Origin: an uncultured delta proteobacterium
GTDB taxonomy: Bacteria; Myxococcota_A; Polyangia; Fen-1088
Length of the DNA stretch: 64,000 nucleotides
Direction: 5' to 3'
Assembly: GCA_963796685.1 (NCBI GenBank)
Contig: CAWCMR010000008.1
Location: forward strand, 780,553 to 844,552
The position numbers and the translations under genes were made by a program. Positions 1-8,671 of this stretch are shown here, piece after piece. How positions within the stretch are numbered: the first letter of the stretch is position 1; every line of letters begins with the position of its first letter. The notes beneath the pieces were generated by a model. It did no database searches and had not been told where the DNA came from. It saw only the letters and a list, made by a program, of their open reading frames with translations.

Positions 1-557
1 AAGGGTCCCGCGATCACATTGATGACCCCGTCGATGGCGTAGCGAACCGACGCCAACCGACCGGTTGCGCCGCCTTCCTGCCCGGCCTCCACCAGAAGAC
101 CTCCGATGCTGGTGCTGGCGATGACCATGGACACGTTCAGCGACATCATCAGCCAGAAGAAGGCTGCGTAGGAGCGAGGTGCCACGGCGAAGAGCGACCA
201 GGTCAGGCCCGCGACCACGCCCGCCAGCAACAAGTAGCTCCGCCGTCGCGTGCCGAAGAGCGGAAAGCTGTCGCACAGCAGGCCGGCAAGCGGTTTGAGA
301 TACCAGGCAAATGTCGCAATGGCGAAAAAGTTCGCCTGCTCGGCTGCGTTGAGATGAAACTGGTTCTTGAAGAGAAATCGGAAAGGGAGCTGTCCGATGA
401 CGCCCGGCTGCCCCAAGGTCGTGATGAAGAGCCCCGCCGAGATGAGGAAGAACATGCGTCGCAGATCCGCGGGCGTGCGCACGAGCGCCGCGGGGGCGGC
501 CTCGGAAGGGAGTGCCTCCGGGGGTGCCGTCGCGCCGTCGGTGGAGCTGGATGTCAT
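1..557 (-). CDS. MFS transporter, BT1/folate-biopterin-like (runs off the window edge)
   Basis: Manual translation from ATG at 557: MTSSSTDG...FAIATFAWYLKPLAGLLCDSFPLFGTRRRSYLLLAG...; hydrophobic helices and a WxxKPxxGxxxDxFPxFGxRRRSY motif typical of BT1-type MFS. Absent from the ORF track because it is open at the edge. Confidence 0.75.
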   Translation of the reverse strand, partial: MTSSSTDGATAPPEALPSEAAPAALVRTPADLRRMFFLISAGLFITTLGQPGVIGQLPFRFLFKNQFHLNAAEQANFFAIATFAWYLKPLAGLLCDSFPLFGTRRRSYLLLAGVVAGLTWSLFAVAPRSYAAFFWLMMSLNVSMVIASTSIGGLLVEAGQEGGATGRLASVRYAIDGVINVIAGP

Positions 558-649
558 GATGGTGACTACTTTCACGGCTCACGATAGCCCATCTGGGCAA
601 CCATGCTCGCCATATTCCGTAGCCCGCGAACGGCAACCGGACGACCAGC

Positions 650-946
650 CTAGAAGGGATAATCCGGAGTTCCGCTGCAGGTGCGATCGTAGGCGAATCC
701 GGGCTCGGCGCATAGGCCGTCCGACGTACACACGAGCGTGTCCATGCATGCGTACCCTCCAGTGAACGAGCACGCTTGCCCGGCCGTGGCCCTGGCGCGA
801 CACCGCAAGGTCGCATTGTCGCAAATGGCGCTGCTCACGCAGGAGTCCAGATTGCCGGCGCAGCTTCCTCCCATGTCAACGAGGGGCGCGCAGGTCGACG
901 GATTGGAGGCAGTGCTGCAGAACAGGCGGTGCCAGCATGCTGGCAC
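650..946 (-). CDS. Small cysteine-rich protein or fragment
   Basis: 98-aa ORF with repeated GxxC...C...C units (GGSCAGNLDSCVSSAICD, GQACSFTGGYACMDTLVC); start uncertain, no signal peptide. Confidence 0.45.
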   Translation of the reverse strand: MPACWHRLFCSTASNPSTCAPLVDMGGSCAGNLDSCVSSAICDNATLRCRARATAGQACSFTGGYACMDTLVCTSDGLCAEPGFAYDRTCSGTPDYPF

Positions 947-1027
947 CCGGCGGAAACACAGGGTGTATCAATATTCCGCAGCTCGTGGCGCGTAGTCTAT
1001 TATCCGAAGGCCGGCTCCGCCGGCTCG

Positions 1028-2893
1028 ATGAGCGACGCGCGCCACACCATCTCGAGTCTTGCCGGCGGTCTTTCCCGCCGATTCGTGATCGTGATCGTCG
1101 CCATCACGCTTTTCGGCGGCAGCCTGATCCTCTACGCACCGTCCCTGGGTTTCGGCTTCATCGGCTACGACGAAAGCGCGGTCCTGCTCGGCCATCCGAA
1201 TCTGTACAACCAGCCCTCGCTGGCAAGCTCGGCACGGCAGATCCTGTTCGGCTACTTCCCGCGCGAAGAACCCCTCATCGTGCGCGACCTGTCCTGGTTG
1301 CTCGATGCGCGCCTGTTCGGATTCACCAACCCCCTTGGCTATCACCTCGGCAACGTCGCGCTGAACGCCATCGACGTCGTGCTCCTCTTCCTCTTTCTCC
1401 TGCACGCGACACGGTCGCTGCCGTTCGCAAGTCTGACCGCGGCACTCTTCGCGTCGCTCGCCATCCACGTCGAACCGGTGTGTTGGGCCATGGGACGCAA
1501 GGATGTCCTCGCCGCCTTCTTCACCCTGCTGGCCTTGCTGCTCCAATCGATGGCCCTGCGCGAGCCCCGTCGGCCAAGACGGCTCGCGCTGCACGCCTTG
1601 GTTTTCCTGTTGTGCCCGCTCGCCATCCTATCGAAATTCAGCGCCATCGTCCTGGCTCCACTGCTCGCCCTGCACCGCCTCTTCGCCCCCTTCCTCGAAG
1701 GTGCGCGCGGGCCACGCGAACGGCTCGGCCTTCGCGCGCGCTGGCGTGAGCTGGCCGGCTACGTGCCGCACGTGGCGGTCACGGCCGGGCTCTTCTTTTG
1801 GTACCAGCGCCAACTCAGCGCCTTCCAAGTCATCGGCGATCGCGGGCCGGCCGCCCTGTCTCTGCAGCACCTCGCGACGCTCGCCCTGCTGGTCCCGCTC
1901 AGCCTGGCGCGCACGCTTGGCCACATCGCCTGGGCCGCCGAGCACTCCATCTCCTATCTGCGCCCGAACGTGGCGCTTCCACTCTTGTCCGGCGAGATCG
2001 CCAGCATCGTCGTCATGGGGCTTGGCTCGGCCGCCGCGCTGTGGGTGACCCTTCGCTACCGCAAGGATCTGGCCTTCTTCGTTCTCGGCTTCTTTCTCTT
2101 CATGCTGCCGTACTGCAACGTCGAATACATCGGCATCTGGGTCGCGGATCGCTACGCGTACCTTTCATCCTTCTGCGTGGTGGCGCTGCTGTCCGCGCTG
2201 GCCATCGAAGGCTGGCGCAGCCGGCAAGCGTGGGCTCGCGGGCTGGGCGCCGGGCTATTCCTCACCCTGGCGGTTCTCGCCGGGCTGGGACTGGTGGCAG
2301 GTCGAAAGCACCAGCAGGCCTTTCGCGATCCGCACGCCTTCTGGAGCTACGAGATCGCCCGAGCACAGCCCTCGCTGCTGGCCTTCGAGTCGTATGCCAA
2401 GACCGCTCTCGGCGATGCCGCAGCTTCCGAACCGGGCTCGCCCGAGCGCCGGCAAGCAATCGAACGGGTGTCGCGCACAGCGGAGAGCGGCATTCGCTAC
2501 TACCACACCCTGCCCTGGCGACCGGCGCCTGGCTATTTCAGTCGAGAACGCACCCATCTTGCCGGCCTCTACTCGACCCTCGGACACGCGGCGACCCTGT
2601 CCGAGAAGCCGCTCGAAGATCGTCTCGGCTATTTTCAGCAGGCCTACCGGGTCATGCCGAATGGGCAAACCGCCCTGATGCTGGCCCAGGTTCTGCTGGA
2701 CATGGCCAGGCGCGATCCCCCCAGCGAGCGGCTGGCCCGCTATTCCTTGCGCTTCTTCGATCGGTATCTTCGCCAGGCGAGCAGCGATCCCTTGCACCGG
2801 CAGGGACTTGTCAGGCTGCTCGATCAATACACCGACGCGTTCCCGGCCCTGGCCAGCGAGGTGCGCCGAATCTCCGAAGAGATCCTGAAATGA
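1028..2893 (+). CDS. GT-C membrane glycosyltransferase, TMTC-like, with helical/TPR-like C-terminus
   Basis: GYDE after TM1, GYHLGNVALN, HVEPVCWAMGRKD, ADRYAYL and many TM helices; ATG at 1028 chosen as start; overlaps next gene (ATGA). Confidence 0.8.
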   Translation: MSDARHTISSLAGGLSRRFVIVIVAITLFGGSLILYAPSLGFGFIGYDESAVLLGHPNLYNQPSLASSARQILFGYFPREEPLIVRDLSWLLDARLFGFTNPLGYHLGNVALNAIDVVLLFLFLLHATRSLPFASLTAALFASLAIHVEPVCWAMGRKDVLAAFFTLLALLLQSMALREPRRPRRLALHALVFLLCPLAILSKFSAIVLAPLLALHRLFAPFLEGARGPRERLGLRARWRELAGYVPHVAVTAGLFFWYQRQLSAFQVIGDRGPAALSLQHLATLALLVPLSLARTLGHIAWAAEHSISYLRPNVALPLLSGEIASIVVMGLGSAAALWVTLRYRKDLAFFVLGFFLFMLPYCNVEYIGIWVADRYAYLSSFCVVALLSALAIEGWRSRQAWARGLGAGLFLTLAVLAGLGLVAGRKHQQAFRDPHAFWSYEIARAQPSLLAFESYAKTALGDAAASEPGSPERRQAIERVSRTAESGIRYYHTLPWRPAPGYFSRERTHLAGLYSTLGHAATLSEKPLEDRLGYFQQAYRVMPNGQTALMLAQVLLDMARRDPPSERLARYSLRFFDRYLRQASSDPLHRQGLVRLLDQYTDAFPALASEVRRISEEILK

Positions 2894-3525
2894 GCACGCG
2901 CAATCCCTACGTGGGCGCCTATCCCTGGCTGACAGGTCGGGCGGGCGTGTGGCGCGAGATCGCCCGCTACGTTCTTCGCAAGGTGCCGAGCACGCGGACC
3001 GTGGTCGAGCTGGGCGCGGGGTACTGCGACTTCATCAACAGCGTGCCCGCCCAAACCCGCATGGCCTTCGACCTGAACCCCGAGATGTCGCGCTTCGCTG
3101 CCCCCGGCGTGGATCTACGCGTGGGCGACTGCCGAGGCCTGCCCGGCGTCGAGGACAGCAGCGTGGATTTGTTATTCGCCAGCAACTTCCTGGAGCACTT
3201 CACCCTCGACGAGGCCACCGCCCTGTTGCGCGACATCCACCGCGTGCTGCGGCCGGGCGGACGCATCGCCCTCATCCAACCCAACTACCTGCGCTGCCCG
3301 ACGCACTACTGGGACGACCCGACCCACAAGACCGCGTTCCACCACCAGAACCTGCCCGAGCTGCTGACGCGCAACGGATTTCGCGTGCTGCGCGTGGAGC
3401 CCGGTCTCTTGCCTTTCTCGATGAAAAGCCGGCTACCCAAGATCCCGCTTCTGGTACGCTGGTACCTGCGTTCCCCCATCAGGCCGCTGGCCGCGCAAAT
3501 GTACGTGGCCGCAGAAAGGGTCTAG
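2890..3525 (+). CDS. Class I SAM-dependent methyltransferase
   Basis: VVELGAGYC motif I, FASNFLEH, VLRPGG; ATG at 2890 coupled to the upstream stop. Confidence 0.85.
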   Translation: MSTRNPYVGAYPWLTGRAGVWREIARYVLRKVPSTRTVVELGAGYCDFINSVPAQTRMAFDLNPEMSRFAAPGVDLRVGDCRGLPGVEDSSVDLLFASNFLEHFTLDEATALLRDIHRVLRPGGRIALIQPNYLRCPTHYWDDPTHKTAFHHQNLPELLTRNGFRVLRVEPGLLPFSMKSRLPKIPLLVRWYLRSPIRPLAAQMYVAAERV

Positions 3526-3527
3526 CC

Positions 3528-4268
3528 ATCTGGAAGGGTCAAGTCGTTTCTCTCATCCTGCCCACCTACAACGAGCGGGATTCCATCCGGCGTTCCATCG
3601 AGGATTTCGCGGCTACCGGCTTCATCGACGAGATCCTGGTCATCAACAACAACGCCGCGCCCGGAACCAGCGACGAGGTCGCGCACACATCGGCACGCGA
3701 GATCCACGAACCCGTGCAAGGCTATGGCGCGGCCATGCGGCGCGGCCTGCGCGAGGCCAAGGGCGACCTGCTCATCGTGGCCGAGCCCGACGGAACCTTC
3801 CGCGGGCACGACACCGTGAAGATGCTCGCCTACTCGGACGACTTCGAGGTCGTGTACGGCACGCGCACGGTCAAAGAGCTCATCTGGCGCGGCGCCAACA
3901 TGGGCCTGTTTCTCAAGTGGGGCAACTACTGGGTGGCCAAGCTGATGGAATTCCTATTCGATTCCACGTCGCTGACCGACGTCGGCTGCACCCTTCGCTG
4001 CATTCGCCGCGAGGCCCTGCTCGACATGCAACCGCACTTCACCATCGACGGCAGCTTCTTCGGCCCGCAGATGATGGTGCTGTCGATCCTGATGAAGATG
4101 AAGATGATCCAGATCCCGGTGAACTACACCAAGCGCATCGGACATTCTTCGGTCACCGGCAACAAATGGGTCGCCTTCAAGCTGGGCCTGCGCATGATCC
4201 GCATGATCCTGGGCTACCGCCTGCGCGCATGGACCAGCCCTGGCAAGTTCCCACGCTCGCGAGCGTGA
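3528..4268 (+). CDS. Glycosyltransferase family 2 (DPM-synthase-like)
   Basis: SLILPTYNE, GYGAAMRRGL, EPDGT, TDVGC motifs; apparent start codon is ATC at 3528 (see findings). Confidence 0.85.
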   Translation: MWKGQVVSLILPTYNERDSIRRSIEDFAATGFIDEILVINNNAAPGTSDEVAHTSAREIHEPVQGYGAAMRRGLREAKGDLLIVAEPDGTFRGHDTVKMLAYSDDFEVVYGTRTVKELIWRGANMGLFLKWGNYWVAKLMEFLFDSTSLTDVGCTLRCIRREALLDMQPHFTIDGSFFGPQMMVLSILMKMKMIQIPVNYTKRIGHSSVTGNKWVAFKLGLRMIRMILGYRLRAWTSPGKFPRSRA

Positions 4269-4600
4269 AAGGGTCACTGCGACTCGGCCCGCCCATCCCG
4301 TCGTGCGCTCACACCATCAGGCGACAACGCGGACGGTCGTCTCCAGCCGACGACACGTCTATTCGACACGGATGACGGTCCCGTGCCACGACCGGCGAGC
4401 AGAGTAGATCGCGGAGTTCTTCGGCAGGCGGCGCTCGGGCATGCTCGGCTCCAACGTCAACCCCGGTCCATGGCAGGGACATCGTATTGAATCGCAGCGT
4501 CGGCTTGGAGGCGCCCACACCGCTTGAACGGCAAATCGTTCGGCAGACGACATCATCCCTCCACTGCGGACGTTCGCGGAACGTGTGGTAGGCTTCTCCC

Positions 4601-4801
4601 ATGCTCGCGACGAAGCAGAAAGTCAGGGATCTCTTGGAGAAGCTGCCCGACGATTGCAGCCTGGACGACGTCGTGTATCACCTCTACGTCATGCAGAAGG
4701 TCGAGGCTGGACTCGCCGACGCCGAGGCCGGCCGACTCATCCCCCATGATGTCGTTACGGCGGAGCTTCGGCGCAAGTGGACAGCGGCAAGCGAGCTGTA
4801 G
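4601..4801 (+). CDS. Putative type II antitoxin (partner of ParE/RelE toxin)
   Basis: 66 aa, KQKVRDLLEKLPDD...KVEAGLADAEAGRLIPHD; overlaps the downstream toxin ORF. Confidence 0.75.
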   Translation: MLATKQKVRDLLEKLPDDCSLDDVVYHLYVMQKVEAGLADAEAGRLIPHDVVTAELRRKWTAASEL

Positions 4802-5088
4802 TCTGGACCCCATCCGCCCGAGACTGCCTCGACGAGATCCTGCAGCACATCGCGGCTGATTCGCCAGCCGCCGCTGCGAAAGTTCTGGAGGTCGTCCTCG
4901 CAGCGGTGGAATCACTCTCCGTGTTTTCGGAGCGCGGTAGGATCGTACCTGAGGTCGGGAACCGGTCAATTCGGGAGATCTTCGTCTACCGATTTCGACT
5001 CTTGTATCAAGTCTCGTCCAGCGACGTTCGCATACTCGCGGTTCTGCACGGAGCAATGGACTTTGATCGGTGGCTGCGGCACACGTAG
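4777..5088 (+). CDS. Type II toxin, RelE/ParE family
   Basis: VVWTPSARDCLDEI...GRIVPE...REIFVYRFRLLY...ILAVLHGA, the ParE/RelE pattern. Confidence 0.85.
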   Translation: MDSGKRAVVWTPSARDCLDEILQHIAADSPAAAAKVLEVVLAAVESLSVFSERGRIVPEVGNRSIREIFVYRFRLLYQVSSSDVRILAVLHGAMDFDRWLRHT

Positions 5089-5136
5089 CGCTGCCATAAG
5101 GCCGTTGCAGCTGGGAATCCCACTGCAGAGAAATCA

Positions 5137-5622
5137 CTACCGGCCAATTCCGAGCATCCCGCTGAGCCAGCGCGTGGCGCGGGCGCGAAAGCCCGAGCCG
5201 TGGCCGCGGTTGATGTGGCGGATGATCGTCCGTTCATCCAGGAAGAACGTCGTGGGCAAACGATCCTCACCGAAGGCGCGCGCGAGAGCGCCGCTCCCGT
5301 CCAACGCGACCGTGGCTTGCGCGGGCAAGGGATGGCTGACGAGGAATTCCTTCAACTCAGGCGCATCCCCCTCCTCGGCCACGATCATCAGGGCGAAGCT
5401 CGGATTGAGCTTTTCCCGGAGGGCCAGGATCTCGGCCAGTCCTTCCTTGCACGGCTCGCACCAACTGGCAAAGAAGTCCACCACCGTCACGTGCCCTCGC
5501 AAATCGTCGTTGCTTACGCTTGCTCGTGTCAGGGTTTCTGCCTCGAAGGACGGGACCGGCGCGCCGACCTGCGGCCGGGCTGCATCGGCCAGGAGCAACG
5601 GTAAGAGCAAGAGGGAGATCAT
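5137..5622 (-). CDS. TlpA-family thiol-disulfide reductase
   Basis: Signal peptide, VVDFFASWCEPC active site, LPTTFFLD. Confidence 0.85.
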   Translation of the reverse strand: MISLLLLPLLLADAARPQVGAPVPSFEAETLTRASVSNDDLRGHVTVVDFFASWCEPCKEGLAEILALREKLNPSFALMIVAEEGDAPELKEFLVSHPLPAQATVALDGSGALARAFGEDRLPTTFFLDERTIIRHINRGHGSGFRARATRWLSGMLGIGR

Positions 5623-5680
5623 GTCCCCAGTCTATCGCGCTCGAGGCGCGAGACCGAGACTGGTCTTTGTCGCAGATGCG

Positions 5681-6577
5681 TCAGCGATGACCGCCGTGAC
5701 CGCCGCCGAACCCGCCACCATGACCGCCGCCGAACCCGCCACCATGGCCACCACCGAACCCGCCACCATGACCGCCGCCGAACCCGCCACCATGGCCACC
5801 ACCGAACCCGCCACCATGGCCACCGGCAAAGCCTCCGCGCATGCCACCGCCGAACCGCGGTCCACCGCCGCCGAACCCGGCACGACCGCTGCCCGCATAG
5901 TTCATGCGCGCGCCGCCGCCGCGAAATCCGCCCGCTGCGAAGCCGCCGCGACCGCCGGAGGCGCGGTAGCCGCCGCCGAAGCGCGGTCCACCTCGGTACC
6001 CATAGCCACCGTGATTGCCGAAACCATATCCACCGCGGGGCCCGTGATAGCCGCCCCAGCCATACCCGGCCCGGTACAATCCACGATACCAGCCGAAGCC
6101 AAGGGCGCCGCGCACGCCGAAGTAGGGATAGGCGCCCCAGCCCCAAATCCAAGGCGCGGCCAACCAGGTCCAGCCGTAGGTCGGGTAGTACACGTAGGCG
6201 TAAGGAGAGCTGTCGTAGACCGTGCCCTCGTAGGTGTACTGATCACCGTACGGCATCCAAACCCAGCCGTACTGATCCGTGTACACCCATTGGCCCGCGG
6301 CCGGTCCCTGGTCGACCACAACGGGTTGCTGCACTGGCTGGACTTGTGCTTGCGGCTGCGCCTGGGACTGCACGGGCGGCGCGGGCGGCTGCAAAGGTGG
6401 CGCAGGCGGCTGCAGATTTGGCGCTGCCGTGGCAGGCTGCACTTGTGCCTGGGTGGGCTGGGACGCTGGCGCCTGATTGTTGGAGATTTCGACGAAATCT
6501 CCAGCGCGATCATCGGCTTGCGCGACGCCGGAGCCCAAGAGCAAGAGAGCAAGGCAAGGAGTCAGTTGAGTCTTCAT
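5681..6577 (-). CDS. Secreted Pro/Gln-rich, Trp/Tyr/Gly-rich protein with GGGHGGGF tail
   Basis: Signal peptide MKTQLTPCLALLLLGSGVAQA, P/Q linker, GQWVYTDQYGWVWMP and YGWTWLAAPW motifs, Gly-rich repeats. Confidence 0.7.
   Translation of the reverse strand: MKTQLTPCLALLLLGSGVAQADDRAGDFVEISNNQAPASQPTQAQVQPATAAPNLQPPAPPLQPPAPPVQSQAQPQAQVQPVQQPVVVDQGPAAGQWVYTDQYGWVWMPYGDQYTYEGTVYDSSPYAYVYYPTYGWTWLAAPWIWGWGAYPYFGVRGALGFGWYRGLYRAGYGWGGYHGPRGGYGFGNHGGYGYRGGPRFGGGYRASGGRGGFAAGGFRGGGARMNYAGSGRAGFGGGGPRFGGGMRGGFAGGHGGGFGGGHGGGFGGGHGGGFGGGHGGGFGGGHGGGFGGGHGGHR
5699..5826. repeat. 24-bp coding tandem repeat, about 5 copies (GGGHGGGF)
   Basis: Units accgccgccgaacccgccaccatg / gccaccaccgaacccgccaccatg read directly. 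Confidence 0.9.
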
Positions 6578-6943
6578 GGAACACCTCACATCCTAACCGT
6601 GACATCAGCAACGTTCATGCCATGCCGATCGCGCGGCGGACAGCCCGATTGCCGCTTGCGCTTCACATTCTACGCCCCCTTGCCGGCCGCGACATGCGTG
6701 ACCTTGACCTCACCTTCGAGCCCGCTCGGCCCGCTGTGAACAGGATTCACGCAGCATTTTAATTGCGCCACACGGCTCGATCTTCGAACGCTACCATCGT
6801 GCACAAAGGCTGAACGTCCTGCGCCACCGCGGATGCTGTCGGGCGATTTAGTTGGCGCAAGCAGCCTTTCGCGGTCATAGTCTGGCCGTCCTTGCCTTCG
6901 CATGCTGCGAAGCGCGCCGGAACCGGTTGGCGGTCTTGCTGTC

Positions 6944-7025
6944 TGAACGGTTTTTCTTGCACGGACCGTTCACATAACCCCTGACCTTCCGCCTTCGTAG
7001 GCGGGGCGCACCGAAGGGTCGGGGG
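6944..7025 (+). promoter_or_regulatory. Structured 5' leader of the DEAD-box helicase gene
   Basis: Stems tgaacggt/accgttca and cccctgaccttc/gaagggtcggggg enclosing ccgcct-tcgt-aggcgg. Confidence 0.4.
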
Positions 7026-7045
7026 AGACTGCCAAGAGGATCGCT

Positions 7046-8365
7046 TTGATGATCGCTACCAGTTCCATACCCGTATCACGCCCTGCACCTGCCCCGACCT
7101 CCACCAATGCTTCGACCGTGGTGCCTTCTCCCGCGCCCCAGTCGAGTGCCTTCGCGGCCTTCGGCTTGCGCGTGCCCATTCTGCGCGCCGTGGCGTCCGA
7201 GGGCTACACCACCCCCTCGCCCATCCAGATGCAGGCCATACCCTTCGTCATGCAAGGACGCGACTTGCTCGGGTGCGCCCAGACGGGAACCGGCAAGACC
7301 GCGGCCTTCGCACTGCCGCTGCTCCACCGCATGTCCGATCCGGCACAGACCAAGCGTCGCGTGGGACCGCGCGTGCTGGTGCTGGCGCCGACGCGCGAGC
7401 TGGCCGTGCAGATCGCGGACAGCTTTCGCGTGTACGGCAAGCACGTCTCGCTCAACTACGGCGTGATCCTGGGTGGCGTCTCGCAGGGCTCGCAAATCGC
7501 GACCTTGCGCCGTGGCGTCGACGTGCTGGTGGCCACGCCGGGCCGTCTGCTCGATCTCATGAGCCAAGGCTGTGTCCCGCTTGCCGATGTCGAGACCCTG
7601 GTGCTCGACGAGGCCGATCGGATGCTCGACATGGGTTTCATCGATCCCATCCGCCGCATCATCGCCAAGCTGCCGTCCAGGCGGCAAAACCTGCTCTTCT
7701 CGGCCACCATGCCGCCCGCCATCGCGACCCTTGCCGGCCAGATCCTGCGCGACCCGGCCAAGGTGTCCGTCGCGCCTGCGGCCACCACCGTCGACACGGT
7801 CTCGCAATCGGTGTACTTCGTCCGCCAATCCGACAAGCGCACCCTGCTGCGCGAGGTGCTGCGCGATCCGGCCTTGACCCGCGCCATTGTCTTCACGCGC
7901 ACCAAGGCCGGGGCCAACCGCGTCGCGCGCGACCTCGATGCCGCCGGGATAACCGCCGACGCCATCCACGGCAACAAGAGCCAAAACGCCCGCCAGAACG
8001 CTCTCATGGGATTCCGCAACGGCAAGGTGCGCGTCCTGGTGGCCACCGACATCGCCGCGCGCGGCATCGATGTGGACGGTATCAGCCACGTCATCAACTT
8101 CGAATTGCCCAACGAGCCCGAGAGCTACGTCCACCGCATCGGCCGCACCGCGCGTGCCGGAGCCAGCGGCGTGGCGCTTTCATTCTGCGACGCCGCCGAG
8201 CGCACCTACCTGCGCGACATCGAGCGGCTCACGCGCAAGAGCATCTCCGTGGTCGCCAACCACCAGTTCGTGGCCGGCAGCGACGTGCCGACGCCAATCC
8301 CGACCCGCCAAGGGCGCGGCGGCGGTCGCGGCAACGGTGGAGGCAACCGCGGCTGGCGGCGTTAA
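7046..8365 (+). CDS. DEAD-box RNA helicase (RhlE-like)
   Basis: Q motif, AQTGTGKT, PTRELA, TPGRL, DEAD, SAT, ARGID, HRIGRTAR; RG-rich tail. Confidence 0.95.
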   Translation: MMIATSSIPVSRPAPAPTSTNASTVVPSPAPQSSAFAAFGLRVPILRAVASEGYTTPSPIQMQAIPFVMQGRDLLGCAQTGTGKTAAFALPLLHRMSDPAQTKRRVGPRVLVLAPTRELAVQIADSFRVYGKHVSLNYGVILGGVSQGSQIATLRRGVDVLVATPGRLLDLMSQGCVPLADVETLVLDEADRMLDMGFIDPIRRIIAKLPSRRQNLLFSATMPPAIATLAGQILRDPAKVSVAPAATTVDTVSQSVYFVRQSDKRTLLREVLRDPALTRAIVFTRTKAGANRVARDLDAAGITADAIHGNKSQNARQNALMGFRNGKVRVLVATDIAARGIDVDGISHVINFELPNEPESYVHRIGRTARAGASGVALSFCDAAERTYLRDIERLTRKSISVVANHQFVAGSDVPTPIPTRQGRGGGRGNGGGNRGWRR

Positions 8366-8373
8366 GATGGGAA

Positions 8374-8450
8374 CCCTGACCTGAACCTCGCCCCGCGAAG
8401 CGGAGCGCAGCGGGGAGAGGTCGCCGAGCGCAGCGAGGCGGGTGAGGGGC
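8374..8450. repeat. REP-like palindromic element (ccccg...cggggagagg...gggtgagggg type)
   Basis: cctcgccccgc...gcggggagagg stem and cgagcgcagcgaggcgggtgagggg downstream of the helicase stop. Confidence 0.65.
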
Positions 8451-8499
8451 TGTCACGTTTCATGCCTGAAGGATCCGGGCCATCGGCCCGGCGGCGCGA

Positions 8500-8560
8500 C
8501 TGGGAGGGTTCCCATACCCTCCCGCGCTCTGGCTTCGGTGGGCAAAGCCCGCCTTCGCCT
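8500..8560 (+). repeat. Dispersed repeat family A, copy 1
   Basis: ctgggagggttcccataccctcccgcgctctggcttcggtgggcaaagcccgccttcgcct, matching copies at ~51665 (reverse) and ~57304. Confidence 0.8.
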
Positions 8561-8671
8561 GGCGGCCCTATCGCCCCCCCACGCGACTCGCCCGAGAACT
8601 TTCGGGTTTGTGCCCCTGCTGTGTCACAATGGATCGAGGCGCTGTCTTGTGCATGACGGCGCGGAGGACCC

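Noticed and set aside
1798-2889. N-terminal extension of the 575-aa methyltransferase ORF
   Set aside because: Alternate frame of the GT-C gene; the real start is at 2890.
4270-4600. Possible gene remnant upstream of the TA pair
   Set aside because: No family recognisable from the translations.
5699-5826. Possible CRISPR or non-coding repeat
   Set aside because: In-frame coding repeat with no unique spacers.
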